Below, piece after piece: positions 9,424-18,381 of a stretch of 64,000 nucleotides of DNA. The DNA is taken from IMG/VR virus record IMGVR_UViG_3300020048_003296, positions 1 through 64,000 of that record. One strand, 5' to 3'. The position numbers were made by a program, and so were the translations under genes. Below the pieces are notes generated by a model. It saw only the letters and a list, made by a program, of their open reading frames with translations. It did no database searches and was not told the origin of the DNA. The stretch comes from an uncultured virus (IMG/VR IMGVR_UViG_3300020048_003296). Taxonomy: Duplodnaviria > Heunggongvirae > Uroviricota > Caudoviricetes. Each line of letters starts with the position of its first letter. Position 1 is the stretch's first letter.

Positions 9424-10643
9424 AAAACACCATCGAAGGATTTAACCAACCGATTCTATTACAATTAGGGCTTACCGGAGACATGGCTATATTCCTTCGA
9501 TGGCTTTTATCATTTATGTCCGGTGGAAAAACAAGACACATTATAGTTGACGGTAATGTTTTCCATTGGATTAAGTATACAAAGGTTATAGAAGATTTAC
9601 CTGTTATATTTAAAAATATCCACGCGCTCCGCCGGATGCTTCCTAAAATATCATCAAGCAAAGAAAACGAAAAACCGCTTATTTTTAAAGCCGTACATAT
9701 TCCCGGTCATGGCACAGAAACATATTTTAGATTCGATCCCACTATTCTGGAACGATTAGAAGGAACCAAAATGAGTGATCCTTTTTTAACTGCCGAGGAC
9801 TTGCCTAAACAACCAAAAGAAAAAAACAAACAACCGCGAGCATATAATAAAAATGCTTATTCTTTATTGGAACAAATTAAGAAAATAAAGATTGACGGTA
9901 AAGAAATATTCCCACATGAGCTTCCCGAGGACGCAACGTACTATACCAATACCTATGCTACATTTGAAAGTTATGTCATGGGTTTATATACGGGAACATT
10001 TATACAAGAGCATCCGATTGATTCCATTGCCGATTGGTTTAAAATAAAATATAAATATTACTACCAGCAAAAGAAAATTAAAGCTTTATTGCAAAGTTGC
10101 AAGGGCGATTGGTTACAAACAGAAAAAGTATTATTAAATGCTGTTAAGAATTATTCATTGTGGTTTAGCGATGGTTCAGAAATGCAAAGTAAAAAGAAAT
10201 TACCGCGCAATATAAACACATGGATTTATTTTAGGAATGAAAATATATCTATGTTCTATGTTTGCCTATTGGAAGAGCCGACTTCATTACGCGAGGCAAA
10301 CGCGGATAAAGCGTATAATTCATTATCACCAAAAGCACAGAATATTATGTTAAAACTTTATAACGATAATTGGGATGGATTCACTTATTGGAACAATGTA
10401 AAAGATATTGTGAAATGGTATCGACAATATGCGGATAAATTATGTGAAAAAGATTCCAATTGTATATGGTGGATCGGTAATGGGCTTTATTCGTTCCTTG
10501 AGAATTATAAAGAATGGTTGTTATCATTTACTAACAATCCTAATCCAGGAAACATTGGTATCGGAAATAAAACATGGTCATGCTACATATCGTCAAAAAA
10601 GAAAGAACACGATATAAGTATCAATATCCCATCATCATTATAG
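9420..10643 (+). CDS. Putative replication initiator-like / DNA-binding protein
   Basis: N-terminal region resembles wHTH domains of phage replication proteins (WIKYTKVIEDLP); position after parB. Confidence 0.4.
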   Translation: MKNTIEGFNQPILLQLGLTGDMAIFLRWLLSFMSGGKTRHIIVDGNVFHWIKYTKVIEDLPVIFKNIHALRRMLPKISSSKENEKPLIFKAVHIPGHGTETYFRFDPTILERLEGTKMSDPFLTAEDLPKQPKEKNKQPRAYNKNAYSLLEQIKKIKIDGKEIFPHELPEDATYYTNTYATFESYVMGLYTGTFIQEHPIDSIADWFKIKYKYYYQQKKIKALLQSCKGDWLQTEKVLLNAVKNYSLWFSDGSEMQSKKKLPRNINTWIYFRNENISMFYVCLLEEPTSLREANADKAYNSLSPKAQNIMLKLYNDNWDGFTYWNNVKDIVKWYRQYADKLCEKDSNCIWWIGNGLYSFLENYKEWLLSFTNNPNPGNIGIGNKTWSCYISSKKKEHDISINIPSSL

Positions 10644-10873
10644 GAGCGAGTTATACACAAGTTATGCACACATAAGCATAAAGGAACGATTCTTTGTGTG
10701 GATACGTATATGCGCAATAAATGCCCGTGGAAATCAATCGGCGCGGAAGAAAAGTGCTTTGACGATATCCAGGAATATGAGGATGCATCGCTCAAAAGTA
10801 CCGAAAACAGCGTGGATTCCGTTTTTCGATGATATGTTACGCGAAACCAAGGCGTGCAAAACCGTCTGTATAA

Positions 10874-10960
10874 CGGTTTCCTGCGTCAACACGGGGTTTT
10901 ATAGCATTCCGCGTATAAAATCACGTTGGACCCGTTTTGCGTGCGTTATGGGCGATATTC
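10874..10960 (-). repeat. Dispersed 87-bp repeat, copy D
   Basis: Gap-free alignment with copies at 30586, 38901 and 53289. Confidence 0.8.
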
Positions 10961-11077
10961 ACGTATAATGGAAGAAAATAAATCGTAAAAAATAATTTAA
11001 ACATTTTAATTCTATATTACATAATGAATTATCTATTAAAAAACAGTAAAAATAAGTAAAACGGCATGAAAAACCGC

Positions 11078-11106
11078 TTTACAATTATTATGCAATACGT
11101 TATTGT
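11078..11106 (+). promoter_or_regulatory. Sigma70-type early promoter
   Basis: TTTACA-17 bp-TATTGT with an A/T-rich UP-like region upstream. Confidence 0.65.
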
Positions 11107-11233
11107 TCTTAACGTCAACGAGAGAAAACGTTGACGGCCGGGAACGAGTACGAGGCACGCCCACAAACACGCTGAAAGGAGCAGCGTAGGTAGTCCATCA
11201 CGGCACGATAACATACACGTTTTCGCGTGTATG

Positions 11234-11288
11234 CCGATCCGCGTTTTAATACGCGCTGACGAGTCGTTGAAAATTACGACGAAATCGG
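11234..11288 (+). ncRNA. Hammerhead ribozyme, type III (cleavage after C11239)
   Basis: CCGA-UC, stem I CGCGU/ACGCG, core CUGACGA, stem II GUCGU/ACGAC, GAAA, UCGG closing stem III. Confidence 0.92.
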
Positions 11289-11312
11289 AAAGTTACTTTT
11301 ATGGAGGACGAT

Positions 11313-11612
11313 ATGAAAAGCAATGCAGCGAAAGTTTACGTAACCAAAAAAACGGTCAACCAGAAATACGATCCGACGGTGATAACCACGTATGTATCGG
11401 GAACAGCGATATTGACTATGTGGGAATGCGTTGAATTGAAGCTTGCGGATGCCCCGAATGTAATTGGACAAGATCATGAGCACGAGAAACGCCTTATTGC
11501 GTTGTTTGAGAAAATCGCAGGTTGTACAATGGAAGAAATCGATGAATACGACAATATACAACGGGCGATAGAGTACGATGATCCAATGGGTTGTTTGGCA
11601 GATTACGAATAA
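11313..11612 (+). CDS. Ribozyme-flanked early protein of unknown function (99 aa, acidic C-terminus)
   Basis: GGAGG RBS at 11303; stop codon directly abuts the second hammerhead. Confidence 0.8.
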   Translation: MKSNAAKVYVTKKTVNQKYDPTVITTYVSGTAILTMWECVELKLADAPNVIGQDHEHEKRLIALFEKIAGCTMEEIDEYDNIQRAIEYDDPMGCLADYE

Positions 11613-11670
11613 GGACGAAACGCGGGACTTCAAACCGCGTCTGTGATTTTATTATCACACTGATGAGTCC
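11613..11670 (+). ncRNA. Hammerhead ribozyme, type II (cleavage after C11641)
   Basis: GGAC-GAAA, stem III CGCGG/CCGCG, UC, stem I UGUGAU/AUCACA, core CUGAUGA, GUCC. Confidence 0.93.
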
Positions 11671-11702
11671 ATCATCGGAAAGTTACTTTTATGGAGGATG
11701 AT

Positions 11703-11951
11703 ATGAGCAACCTGCGTTTTTCTTCCCAGTCAGCGTGTGATAAGTTCCACGCGAAATTGTCAAAACTGGAAACATCGTATGCCTTGCGCGAATTTGCACC
11801 CGATGAGATTTACGAAACGCTTTTGGGTGATTTTAATTACGGCAGTAAAAATGCAGTGGCGCTAATCGAGAAATGGCGCGTGCGATACAAGCACAATGAG
11901 GACAAGTTCGATCCGCGCGATTCACTCGGCATGGAAAGGGAGATGATGTAA
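11703..11951 (+). CDS. Early hypothetical protein
   Basis: Same 33-nt RBS leader as ORF 11313. Confidence 0.75.
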   Translation: MSNLRFSSQSACDKFHAKLSKLETSYALREFAPDEIYETLLGDFNYGSKNAVALIEKWRVRYKHNEDKFDPRDSLGMEREMM

Positions 11952-12136
11952 TGAAAAAATATATACTAATTATTACCCTCGATGATGGGAATATAAAAAT
12001 ACGACACTATAATGATGAAAAGGCGATAGCGCGTGAAGTTGCCGCTTGTAATCGTTGCATAAAAGAGTTTAATGTTCCAATGCATTTTATAGCATACGAG
12101 TTAAATTCCATTTATGCCGAAGGTGCAATGAAATGA
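11951..12136 (+). CDS. Early hypothetical protein
   Basis: Coupled ORF; resembles the next ORF. Confidence 0.6.
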   Translation: MKKYILIITLDDGNIKIRHYNDEKAIAREVAACNRCIKEFNVPMHFIAYELNSIYAEGAMK

Positions 12137-12339
12137 AAAATAAAAATTATCTTATGATTCTAAATGACCGCGTGGAAGGCACACAACAGATTTTCTGGTT
12201 TGAAACGGAAGTGGAGATGATGTTTGAAATAAAAGCGGCAAACGTCTTAATAAAAAAACACAATCTAAACCAGGAAGTTGAAGCATACAAATGCCCAGTA
12301 AAGCAAGTTTATGTTTTTGGGGAAATGAAGAACGTATGA
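12133..12339 (+). CDS. Early hypothetical protein (possible paralog of 11951-12136)
   Basis: ATGA overlap; similar YxL(I/M)I...G...AY pattern. Confidence 0.6.
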   Translation: MKNKNYLMILNDRVEGTQQIFWFETEVEMMFEIKAANVLIKKHNLNQEVEAYKCPVKQVYVFGEMKNV

Positions 12340-12599
12340 AAAAAATATTATCACCTGAACATAAGGCCAAACTGAAGGCAGGACGCGAGCGCGCAAAAAA
12401 AGAAAAGCGCGTAGGCATGATCGATCAAACCGAAACCATTAAACCCGTTAAAAAAGAATTACAAGTGATTGGTTTCGGGTTTGAGCGTGGAGACAAGATT
12501 TGCGTGCCAATATTTGGTTCAGAACGCAATACATTTAAAGGCGTTATATTTGATACGCCGCAAGAAGCGAAGGAGGCACTTGATGTTCGCAGAAAATAA
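12336..12599 (+). CDS. Hypothetical protein
   Basis: ATGA overlap; basic N-terminus LSPEHKAKLKAGR. Confidence 0.55.
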   Translation: MKKILSPEHKAKLKAGRERAKKEKRVGMIDQTETIKPVKKELQVIGFGFERGDKICVPIFGSERNTFKGVIFDTPQEAKEALDVRRK

Positions 12600-13128
12600 G
12601 GAAAAGACAGATTTATTTTTACAATACTTGCCTATGATTGAACAGGCAGTTTGGAAAAACGTAAAACGATTTAAAATTGAATTTGAAGAAGTGGAAGGGC
12701 AAGCGTTCCTTGTTTTTTGCGAAGCGATAGAAAAGTTCGATAATACGCGGAATATAAAGTTCAGCACATTTTTATATTCACGATTGAGAACGGTCGCGGA
12801 TAAATATTCAAAGCCAAAAAGCGTTGCCGGTATGCCTGTTAAGAAAGATTTACAGGATTGCACACAAGCAGATTTTATCAATGCTATGGAAACGCTGGAA
12901 ACGGCATTATGCCTATCGGAAGATGCTCAGGGCGTGTTAAATTTCCTTATTAGTCGGGAATGGGAAACGCCAGGAGTTGCACGCACACCGCGCCTACATT
13001 CAGTTCAGAAATGGCTCAAGCAACAATACGATTGGACCGCCGCACGCACAAAAAAAGCGTGGGATGAATTGAAAGTGTGGTGGCAGTCAGAAGGATATAA
13101 TACATTCGATATGGGAGGCACAGTATGA
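12583..13128 (+). CDS. Phage sigma-70 family factor (region 2)
   Basis: AGGAGG RBS; QYLPMI...EEVEGQAFLVFCEAIEKFDNTRNIKFSTFLY resembles sigma region 2.1-2.3. Confidence 0.75.
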   Translation: MFAENKEKTDLFLQYLPMIEQAVWKNVKRFKIEFEEVEGQAFLVFCEAIEKFDNTRNIKFSTFLYSRLRTVADKYSKPKSVAGMPVKKDLQDCTQADFINAMETLETALCLSEDAQGVLNFLISREWETPGVARTPRLHSVQKWLKQQYDWTAARTKKAWDELKVWWQSEGYNTFDMGGTV

Positions 13129-13453
13129 AGACGAAACAACAAAAACAACACGAGGCTTTGCTGCGTCTAGAAAAAGCTATTAAAATTGCAGAAAAAAATA
13201 ACCACACTTGGTGCTTGCAGCGCATGAAACTTGAGGCGGAGCGGTTGCGTGATTTGAAAGGAGTAGTGATATGAAAGGTATTACACGTTACGAAGAATTA
13301 ACCCAAAAGCGGGAAGATGTTTATGAGGCTATCCAACGATGCATTAAAAATAAGGCGCATGGTATGGCGCATTTTTGGAATCAGGTATACTGTAAATTAA
13401 GTATAACCCAGTTTGAAATGACGATTGAGCAAGCGGAAAGAATGGTTTGAATT

Positions 13454-14401
13454 ATGGCACACATGATAGAAACAGCATTTTATGCGAAGACACCGGCATG
13501 GCATGGTTTGGGAACTGTAGTATCAGAAACCCAAAATTCACTTGAAGCATTGAAACTCGCGCAATTGGATTGGGACGTTGCGCCCGAGCCAATTTATTTA
13601 AAAGGAATGAAGGAACCAATTGAAGAGCGCGTTGCCAATGTGCGTTCCACGGATAGAAAAGTGCTTGGAGTTGTTTCAGATCATTATAAAATATTGCAGA
13701 ATCGTGAAGCGTTTTCTTTCATTGATGATTTACTGGAAAATGACGTTGCGCCGGTGAAGTTTGAAAGCGCAGGAAGTTTAGATAATGGAAAGCGTATTTG
13801 GATGCTCGCACATTTTCCAGAACGGATGATTTTAGGCGATACAATTATTCCATATATTGTACTTGCTACAAGTCACAATGGAACGCTTGCCACGACCGTT
13901 GCAGTTACACCGACTCGCGTGGTATGTCAAAATACACTGACTATGGCGTTGAAAAATGCACAACGCACGTGGAGTATTAGACACATGGGCGATATTGTTG
14001 GGAAAAAACAAGATGCGGCCAGGACGCTAAAATTGTCGGCATCGTACATGGATAAACTAGAAATAACCGCCGAGCAATACCAACAAAAGAAAATAACAAA
14101 AAAGATGCTTAATGATATTATCGAAGCAGTATTCCCGATTGACGTTGAAGACAGTGAGCGCGTGAAGAATAATGTATCTGAATTGAGAAATCAGTTTTTC
14201 GATATTTATTCTGGTGCGGCTGATCTTAAAAAGTTCAGTGGCGATGCATGGGGCTTGTATAATGCGTTTGGCGATTTTGCTTCGCACATAAAACCGGCGC
14301 GTGTTACAAAAAAATACCAGGAAAGTTTATTCAAGAGTTTTATGGATGGAAATAAAATCCTTGAAAGGGCACAGGATGCGATTGAAGAGGCAATAGCATG
14401 A
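13454..14401 (+). CDS. DUF932 / phage-plasmid TIGR03299-like protein
   Basis: PAWHGLG, QNREAF, ESAGSL, SHNG, TRVVCQNTL motifs. Confidence 0.85.
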   Translation: MAHMIETAFYAKTPAWHGLGTVVSETQNSLEALKLAQLDWDVAPEPIYLKGMKEPIEERVANVRSTDRKVLGVVSDHYKILQNREAFSFIDDLLENDVAPVKFESAGSLDNGKRIWMLAHFPERMILGDTIIPYIVLATSHNGTLATTVAVTPTRVVCQNTLTMALKNAQRTWSIRHMGDIVGKKQDAARTLKLSASYMDKLEITAEQYQQKKITKKMLNDIIEAVFPIDVEDSERVKNNVSELRNQFFDIYSGAADLKKFSGDAWGLYNAFGDFASHIKPARVTKKYQESLFKSFMDGNKILERAQDAIEEAIA

Positions 14402-14682
14402 AGCATCAGTATGGCAAGAAAATGGTAAAAGATTTTTGGTATTATTGGGATAAGTTTTGTAAGTTTTTATTCACGCCCAAAACGCGATGGATAAAAAATA
14501 CGATTCTTGTATATAGCGGCAAGCGCAATTTGCACAATCGCGCAACGGTAGAAACAGGATTGAATCGCAGAGAAAGGCGTGCGAGGAAAAAAGGAAAATT
14601 GTTAAAGGCGCTTTGAAAATAATTATAGACAAAATGCGAAAAAGAAAACATTTTGTCTATAATATATATGATTGATTTGGCA

Positions 14683-14747
14683 GGCAAGGTAAGGTCCGGT
14701 AAGGCCCGGTGAGGTCAGGTTAGGTGCGGTCAGGTGCGGTATGGTGC
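14683..14747 (+). repeat. Array of 13 GGYNN pentamers
   Basis: ggcaa ggtaa ggtcc ggtaa ggccc ggtga ggtca ggtta ggtgc ggtca ggtgc ggtat ggtgc. Confidence 0.9.
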
Positions 14748-14786
14748 GGCAGGTTATTATTTTATTATCAAAGAGGATAAAGTTTT

Positions 14787-15002
14787 ATGGAACATGGCGA
14801 TGGTGACGAAACTTATAAAATATATGCAACAATTCCCAAAGCCGTGTTCTATGAAATGGTAAGGGAAGCAAAGCGCCAAAATCTTTTCACGGATGTAAAT
14901 GGAAAAGTTGATATTGGCGCATTGGTCGCAGAATTAGCAACTTCATTTGCAGAAGGAAAAAGCAAAATTATATCACGTCCTAATGCAATAGTGATAGAAT
15001 AA
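14787..15002 (+). CDS. Small hypothetical protein (possible DNA-binding)
   Basis: GAGG RBS; first ORF after the pentamer array. Confidence 0.55.
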   Translation: MEHGDGDETYKIYATIPKAVFYEMVREAKRQNLFTDVNGKVDIGALVAELATSFAEGKSKIISRPNAIVIE

Positions 15003-15908
15003 ATGCAAGTTGATTTTGCGTCCATGTGCCGTGATTATGGCATAAAGTATAAACAAGAAGTGGACGGGTGGATAAATATAGAATGTCCTATATGCCATCA
15101 TTCTGGTGATCGAGGTTTTAAAGGCGGGTTGAATATCGCAGGCGGATATTTCCATTGCTGGTCTTGCGGCGGAAATAATATAAACACCGTCCTGCGCGAA
15201 TTGCTTTCTGTACAGTATCACGAAATTGATTCTATTCTTGAACAGTATTCCGGTGCTATTTCTATTCGTGAGAAATTGAATGTTAAAAAAAGTTTAGTGC
15301 ATCATTTAAAATTGCCCATTACCACTTTGGATTCCCGATGTAAAAGATATATAACGATACGAAACTTTGATGCTGATTATATAGCGGAAAAATATAAAGT
15401 GGTCGGCATGACATTATCAGGGCAGTGGGCGGGGAGATTGATAATACCGATTTTCTACAATGGAAAGTTAGTATCATATCAAGGCCGTTCTTTATTGAGC
15501 AAAAGAAAATGTGCGGAAATGGAAATACTGCGTTATAAAACATTAAGCATCGAAGAAAGTATTATTGACCCGAAATCTATTTTATATAATCTTGATAATT
15601 GTAAAAAAGATTATATTGTGATAATGGAAGGCGCGTTTGATGTGTGGCGATGGGGTGATAATGCGGCAGGAACATTGGGCACAAGCACAACGGACGCACA
15701 AAAAAGATTGATGATTAATTATAAAAGAATTATTATTTTATTTGATCCTGAAGATGAAGCGCAGGCACGAGCAAAAAAACTGGCAAATGAATTGCAGGCG
15801 ATTGGTGGAAATATAATCGAGGTTGTGAATACCGAGTTGGGGCATGATCCTGGCGATATGTCCGAGGAAGAAATTATGGAACTTAAAAAGGAATTGAGAG
15901 TATGGTAA
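15003..15908 (+). CDS. DNA primase (zinc finger + TOPRIM)
   Basis: CPIC...CWSC, EGAFD, FDPE, HDPGD. Confidence 0.88.
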   Translation: MQVDFASMCRDYGIKYKQEVDGWINIECPICHHSGDRGFKGGLNIAGGYFHCWSCGGNNINTVLRELLSVQYHEIDSILEQYSGAISIREKLNVKKSLVHHLKLPITTLDSRCKRYITIRNFDADYIAEKYKVVGMTLSGQWAGRLIIPIFYNGKLVSYQGRSLLSKRKCAEMEILRYKTLSIEESIIDPKSILYNLDNCKKDYIVIMEGAFDVWRWGDNAAGTLGTSTTDAQKRLMINYKRIIILFDPEDEAQARAKKLANELQAIGGNIIEVVNTELGHDPGDMSEEEIMELKKELRVW

Positions 15909-16693
15909 CAATAAACAAGAGTGAAATATATTATGGATACGTTTATAAAGTAACATGCATAAATGGCCTAATATATATAGGGCAACACAAAAGTGGTTCA
16001 TTTGATCCAAAATATTTGGGCTCCGGAATAAAACTAATCAAAAAAAATATAAAAGCCATCGAGATACTTGAATTTTGCACAAATGCAAAAGAATTAACAG
16101 ATAAAGAATATATGTATATAAATAAACATGCATCATTTAATCCTTCTATCGGTCTTAATGTTAAATATCGTAGAAACGGGTTTTCGGATATAAAAGATAG
16201 TAAAAGAATAGCAGAATCTTTGGGTGATAACACGGATCTTATTATTGAGAAAGATAATATAATTGTAACATTAACAGAAAAATTAAAAGAACAGGAAAAA
16301 TTGTTGTTACAAGTAAAAGGAATAGTAAATATTGAATCGATGAATGAGCGCGAATTAGCCATTGATGATTATATTGAGGAAGAACTTGAAAGGAGAATGA
16401 GTGATTATTTGGATTATATGGATGAAAATAATGAGGCTGATGGAAATTCCATATACAATCAAAAACAATTAGAAGTGTATGATGAAATAAAAAGTGAAGT
16501 TGAGTATTATGAGAATGGTTTATATTTATTTGATTTAGAAAACACAGAATATACAACGGAACGCACAGATATTATTAAAGGCTTACAATTTTTTAACACG
16601 CAAGTAAATAAACAAATAGAAATAAATCAGTTCTGGTATCAACCGAAAGAGGTAATAAAACAATATACAGATGCTATATTTGGAGAATTATAA
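15902..16693 (+). CDS. GIY-YIG domain protein (homing endonuclease-like)
   Basis: GYVY...IYIGQH, YLGSG. Confidence 0.7.
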   Translation: MVTINKSEIYYGYVYKVTCINGLIYIGQHKSGSFDPKYLGSGIKLIKKNIKAIEILEFCTNAKELTDKEYMYINKHASFNPSIGLNVKYRRNGFSDIKDSKRIAESLGDNTDLIIEKDNIIVTLTEKLKEQEKLLLQVKGIVNIESMNERELAIDDYIEEELERRMSDYLDYMDENNEADGNSIYNQKQLEVYDEIKSEVEYYENGLYLFDLENTEYTTERTDIIKGLQFFNTQVNKQIEINQFWYQPKEVIKQYTDAIFGEL

Positions 16694-18172
16694 ATGACTA
16701 TTGGATTATCGCCTAAACCGCCGTTTGAAGAAAATATAACAAAACCCACTGATCCTGATAAAAAAGCATTATATCCTTTCCAGAAAAAAGGCGTCAAATG
16801 GTTTCAGGAACATAATGGAATTGGATTACTCGCAGATGATATGGGTTTGGGAAAATCTTGCCAAGCCCTTACATATTTAAAAATAAATCCTGAACTGCGC
16901 CCTGTGCTTATTGTGTGCCCTGCGTCAATTAAAATAAATTGGCAACGTGAAATAGAAATGTGGTGCAATGAATCATCGTTCCTTATTACTGGTCGCCGTT
17001 CGAGCGCACTTCCATCCGTTTCTTTTTATATTATCAATTACGATATACTTGCCGAAGAAATGAAAATAAAAAAACCATTAAAGAATGGTAAAATAAAAGA
17101 AGTAAAAGTATTGAAGGATTCATCGTGGATTTTTAAATTGGGAACAATGAAACTAAAAGCGATTGTTGCCGATGAATGCCAAGCAATCGCCAACGCCACT
17201 TCCATACGCACGAAAGGTTTTATAGCATTAAGAAAACTTAATAATAAAATTAAGTTTATGCCATTATCAGGAACGCCGATAAAAAATAAACCTGCGGAAT
17301 TCTTTACTATTTTAAATCTATTAGCAGAAAAAGAGTTTCCGAACCGTTGGAAATATTTACATCATTATTGCGATCCAAAACATAATGGATTTGGTTGGAC
17401 GTTTAATGGGGCATCGAATATACCGGAATTATTCCAACGGATACAACCATTTATGCTCAGGCGTACAAAAAATGCAGTATTAAAAGATTTACCACCAAAA
17501 AGAAAAATAATCGTGCCGATGGAAGTGGATGAAATAGCGATAAAAAATTATAACACGGCAAGCGCGGAGTTTATAGAATGGATACAAAATCACGAAACCG
17601 CAGGAATGGAATTACAAAATAATATTGACCGATTGAAGCAACTTGCTTATATCGCAAAAAGAAATTCCGTTATTGCGTGGATTGAACAGTATTTGGAAAG
17701 TGATAATAAATTAGTAGTGGGATTATATCATAAACACGCAATGGAAGATTTATATAGTCATTTTAAAAAGATAGCGGTTTTTATAGATGGAAGCGTGACA
17801 GGGCAAAAACGACAAGACGCAGTGGATATATTTCAAAAAGATAAAAAGGTTAAGTTAATATTATGTCAAATAATAACGGTACCGGGATTGACATTGACGG
17901 CGGCACCCGCTACATGTACGATTGAGTTTAGTTGGACACCTGCCGACCATTTACAGTTTGAAGATCGCGTCCATCGTATTGGGCAAGAGGCAGATTCAGT
18001 AACGGCTTACTACCTCATCGCCCCGCAGACGGTCGATGAAGATTCTATGGCGATGGTCAATAATAAGTTTACCGTATTGACGCAAGTGCTCGATGGAAAA
18101 GATAATGCGGACATTTTCGATAATTCTTTTTTATTGCAGATACTTAAAAAATACAAGAAGAAACGTCTATAA
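16694..18172 (+). CDS. SNF2-family helicase
   Basis: LADDMGLGKS, DECQ, SGTP, QFEDRVHRIGQ. Confidence 0.92.
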   Translation: MTIGLSPKPPFEENITKPTDPDKKALYPFQKKGVKWFQEHNGIGLLADDMGLGKSCQALTYLKINPELRPVLIVCPASIKINWQREIEMWCNESSFLITGRRSSALPSVSFYIINYDILAEEMKIKKPLKNGKIKEVKVLKDSSWIFKLGTMKLKAIVADECQAIANATSIRTKGFIALRKLNNKIKFMPLSGTPIKNKPAEFFTILNLLAEKEFPNRWKYLHHYCDPKHNGFGWTFNGASNIPELFQRIQPFMLRRTKNAVLKDLPPKRKIIVPMEVDEIAIKNYNTASAEFIEWIQNHETAGMELQNNIDRLKQLAYIAKRNSVIAWIEQYLESDNKLVVGLYHKHAMEDLYSHFKKIAVFIDGSVTGQKRQDAVDIFQKDKKVKLILCQIITVPGLTLTAAPATCTIEFSWTPADHLQFEDRVHRIGQEADSVTAYYLIAPQTVDEDSMAMVNNKFTVLTQVLDGKDNADIFDNSFLLQILKKYKKKRL

Positions 18173-18189
18173 TATATGCGAGGGATAAA

Positions 18190-18381
18190 ATGAAATATAT
18201 AGTTTATTTTGATGGTGATATATTTGGTGTTCCATTTATCTCATATTTAAAAAAGGTGGTGTCCTATAAAAAGAACAGATACTCCGCAGGTATTAATCTT
18301 GAATTTGCGCACAAATACACAACGGAAAAGAACGCGCAAAAAGCGGCAATGGCATTTAATGGGAAGGTAAAAGTATTGTGA
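18190..18381 (+). CDS. Hypothetical protein
   Basis: Follows a promoter motif and GAGGG RBS. Confidence 0.5.
   Translation: MKYIVYFDGDIFGVPFISYLKKVVSYKKNRYSAGINLEFAHKYTTEKNAQKAAMAFNGKVKVL

Noticed and set aside
11141..11154. AGUACGAG and GGAAC resembling the rRNA sarcin-ricin loop
   Set aside because: Short match in the wrong order and without the closing helix; could be chance
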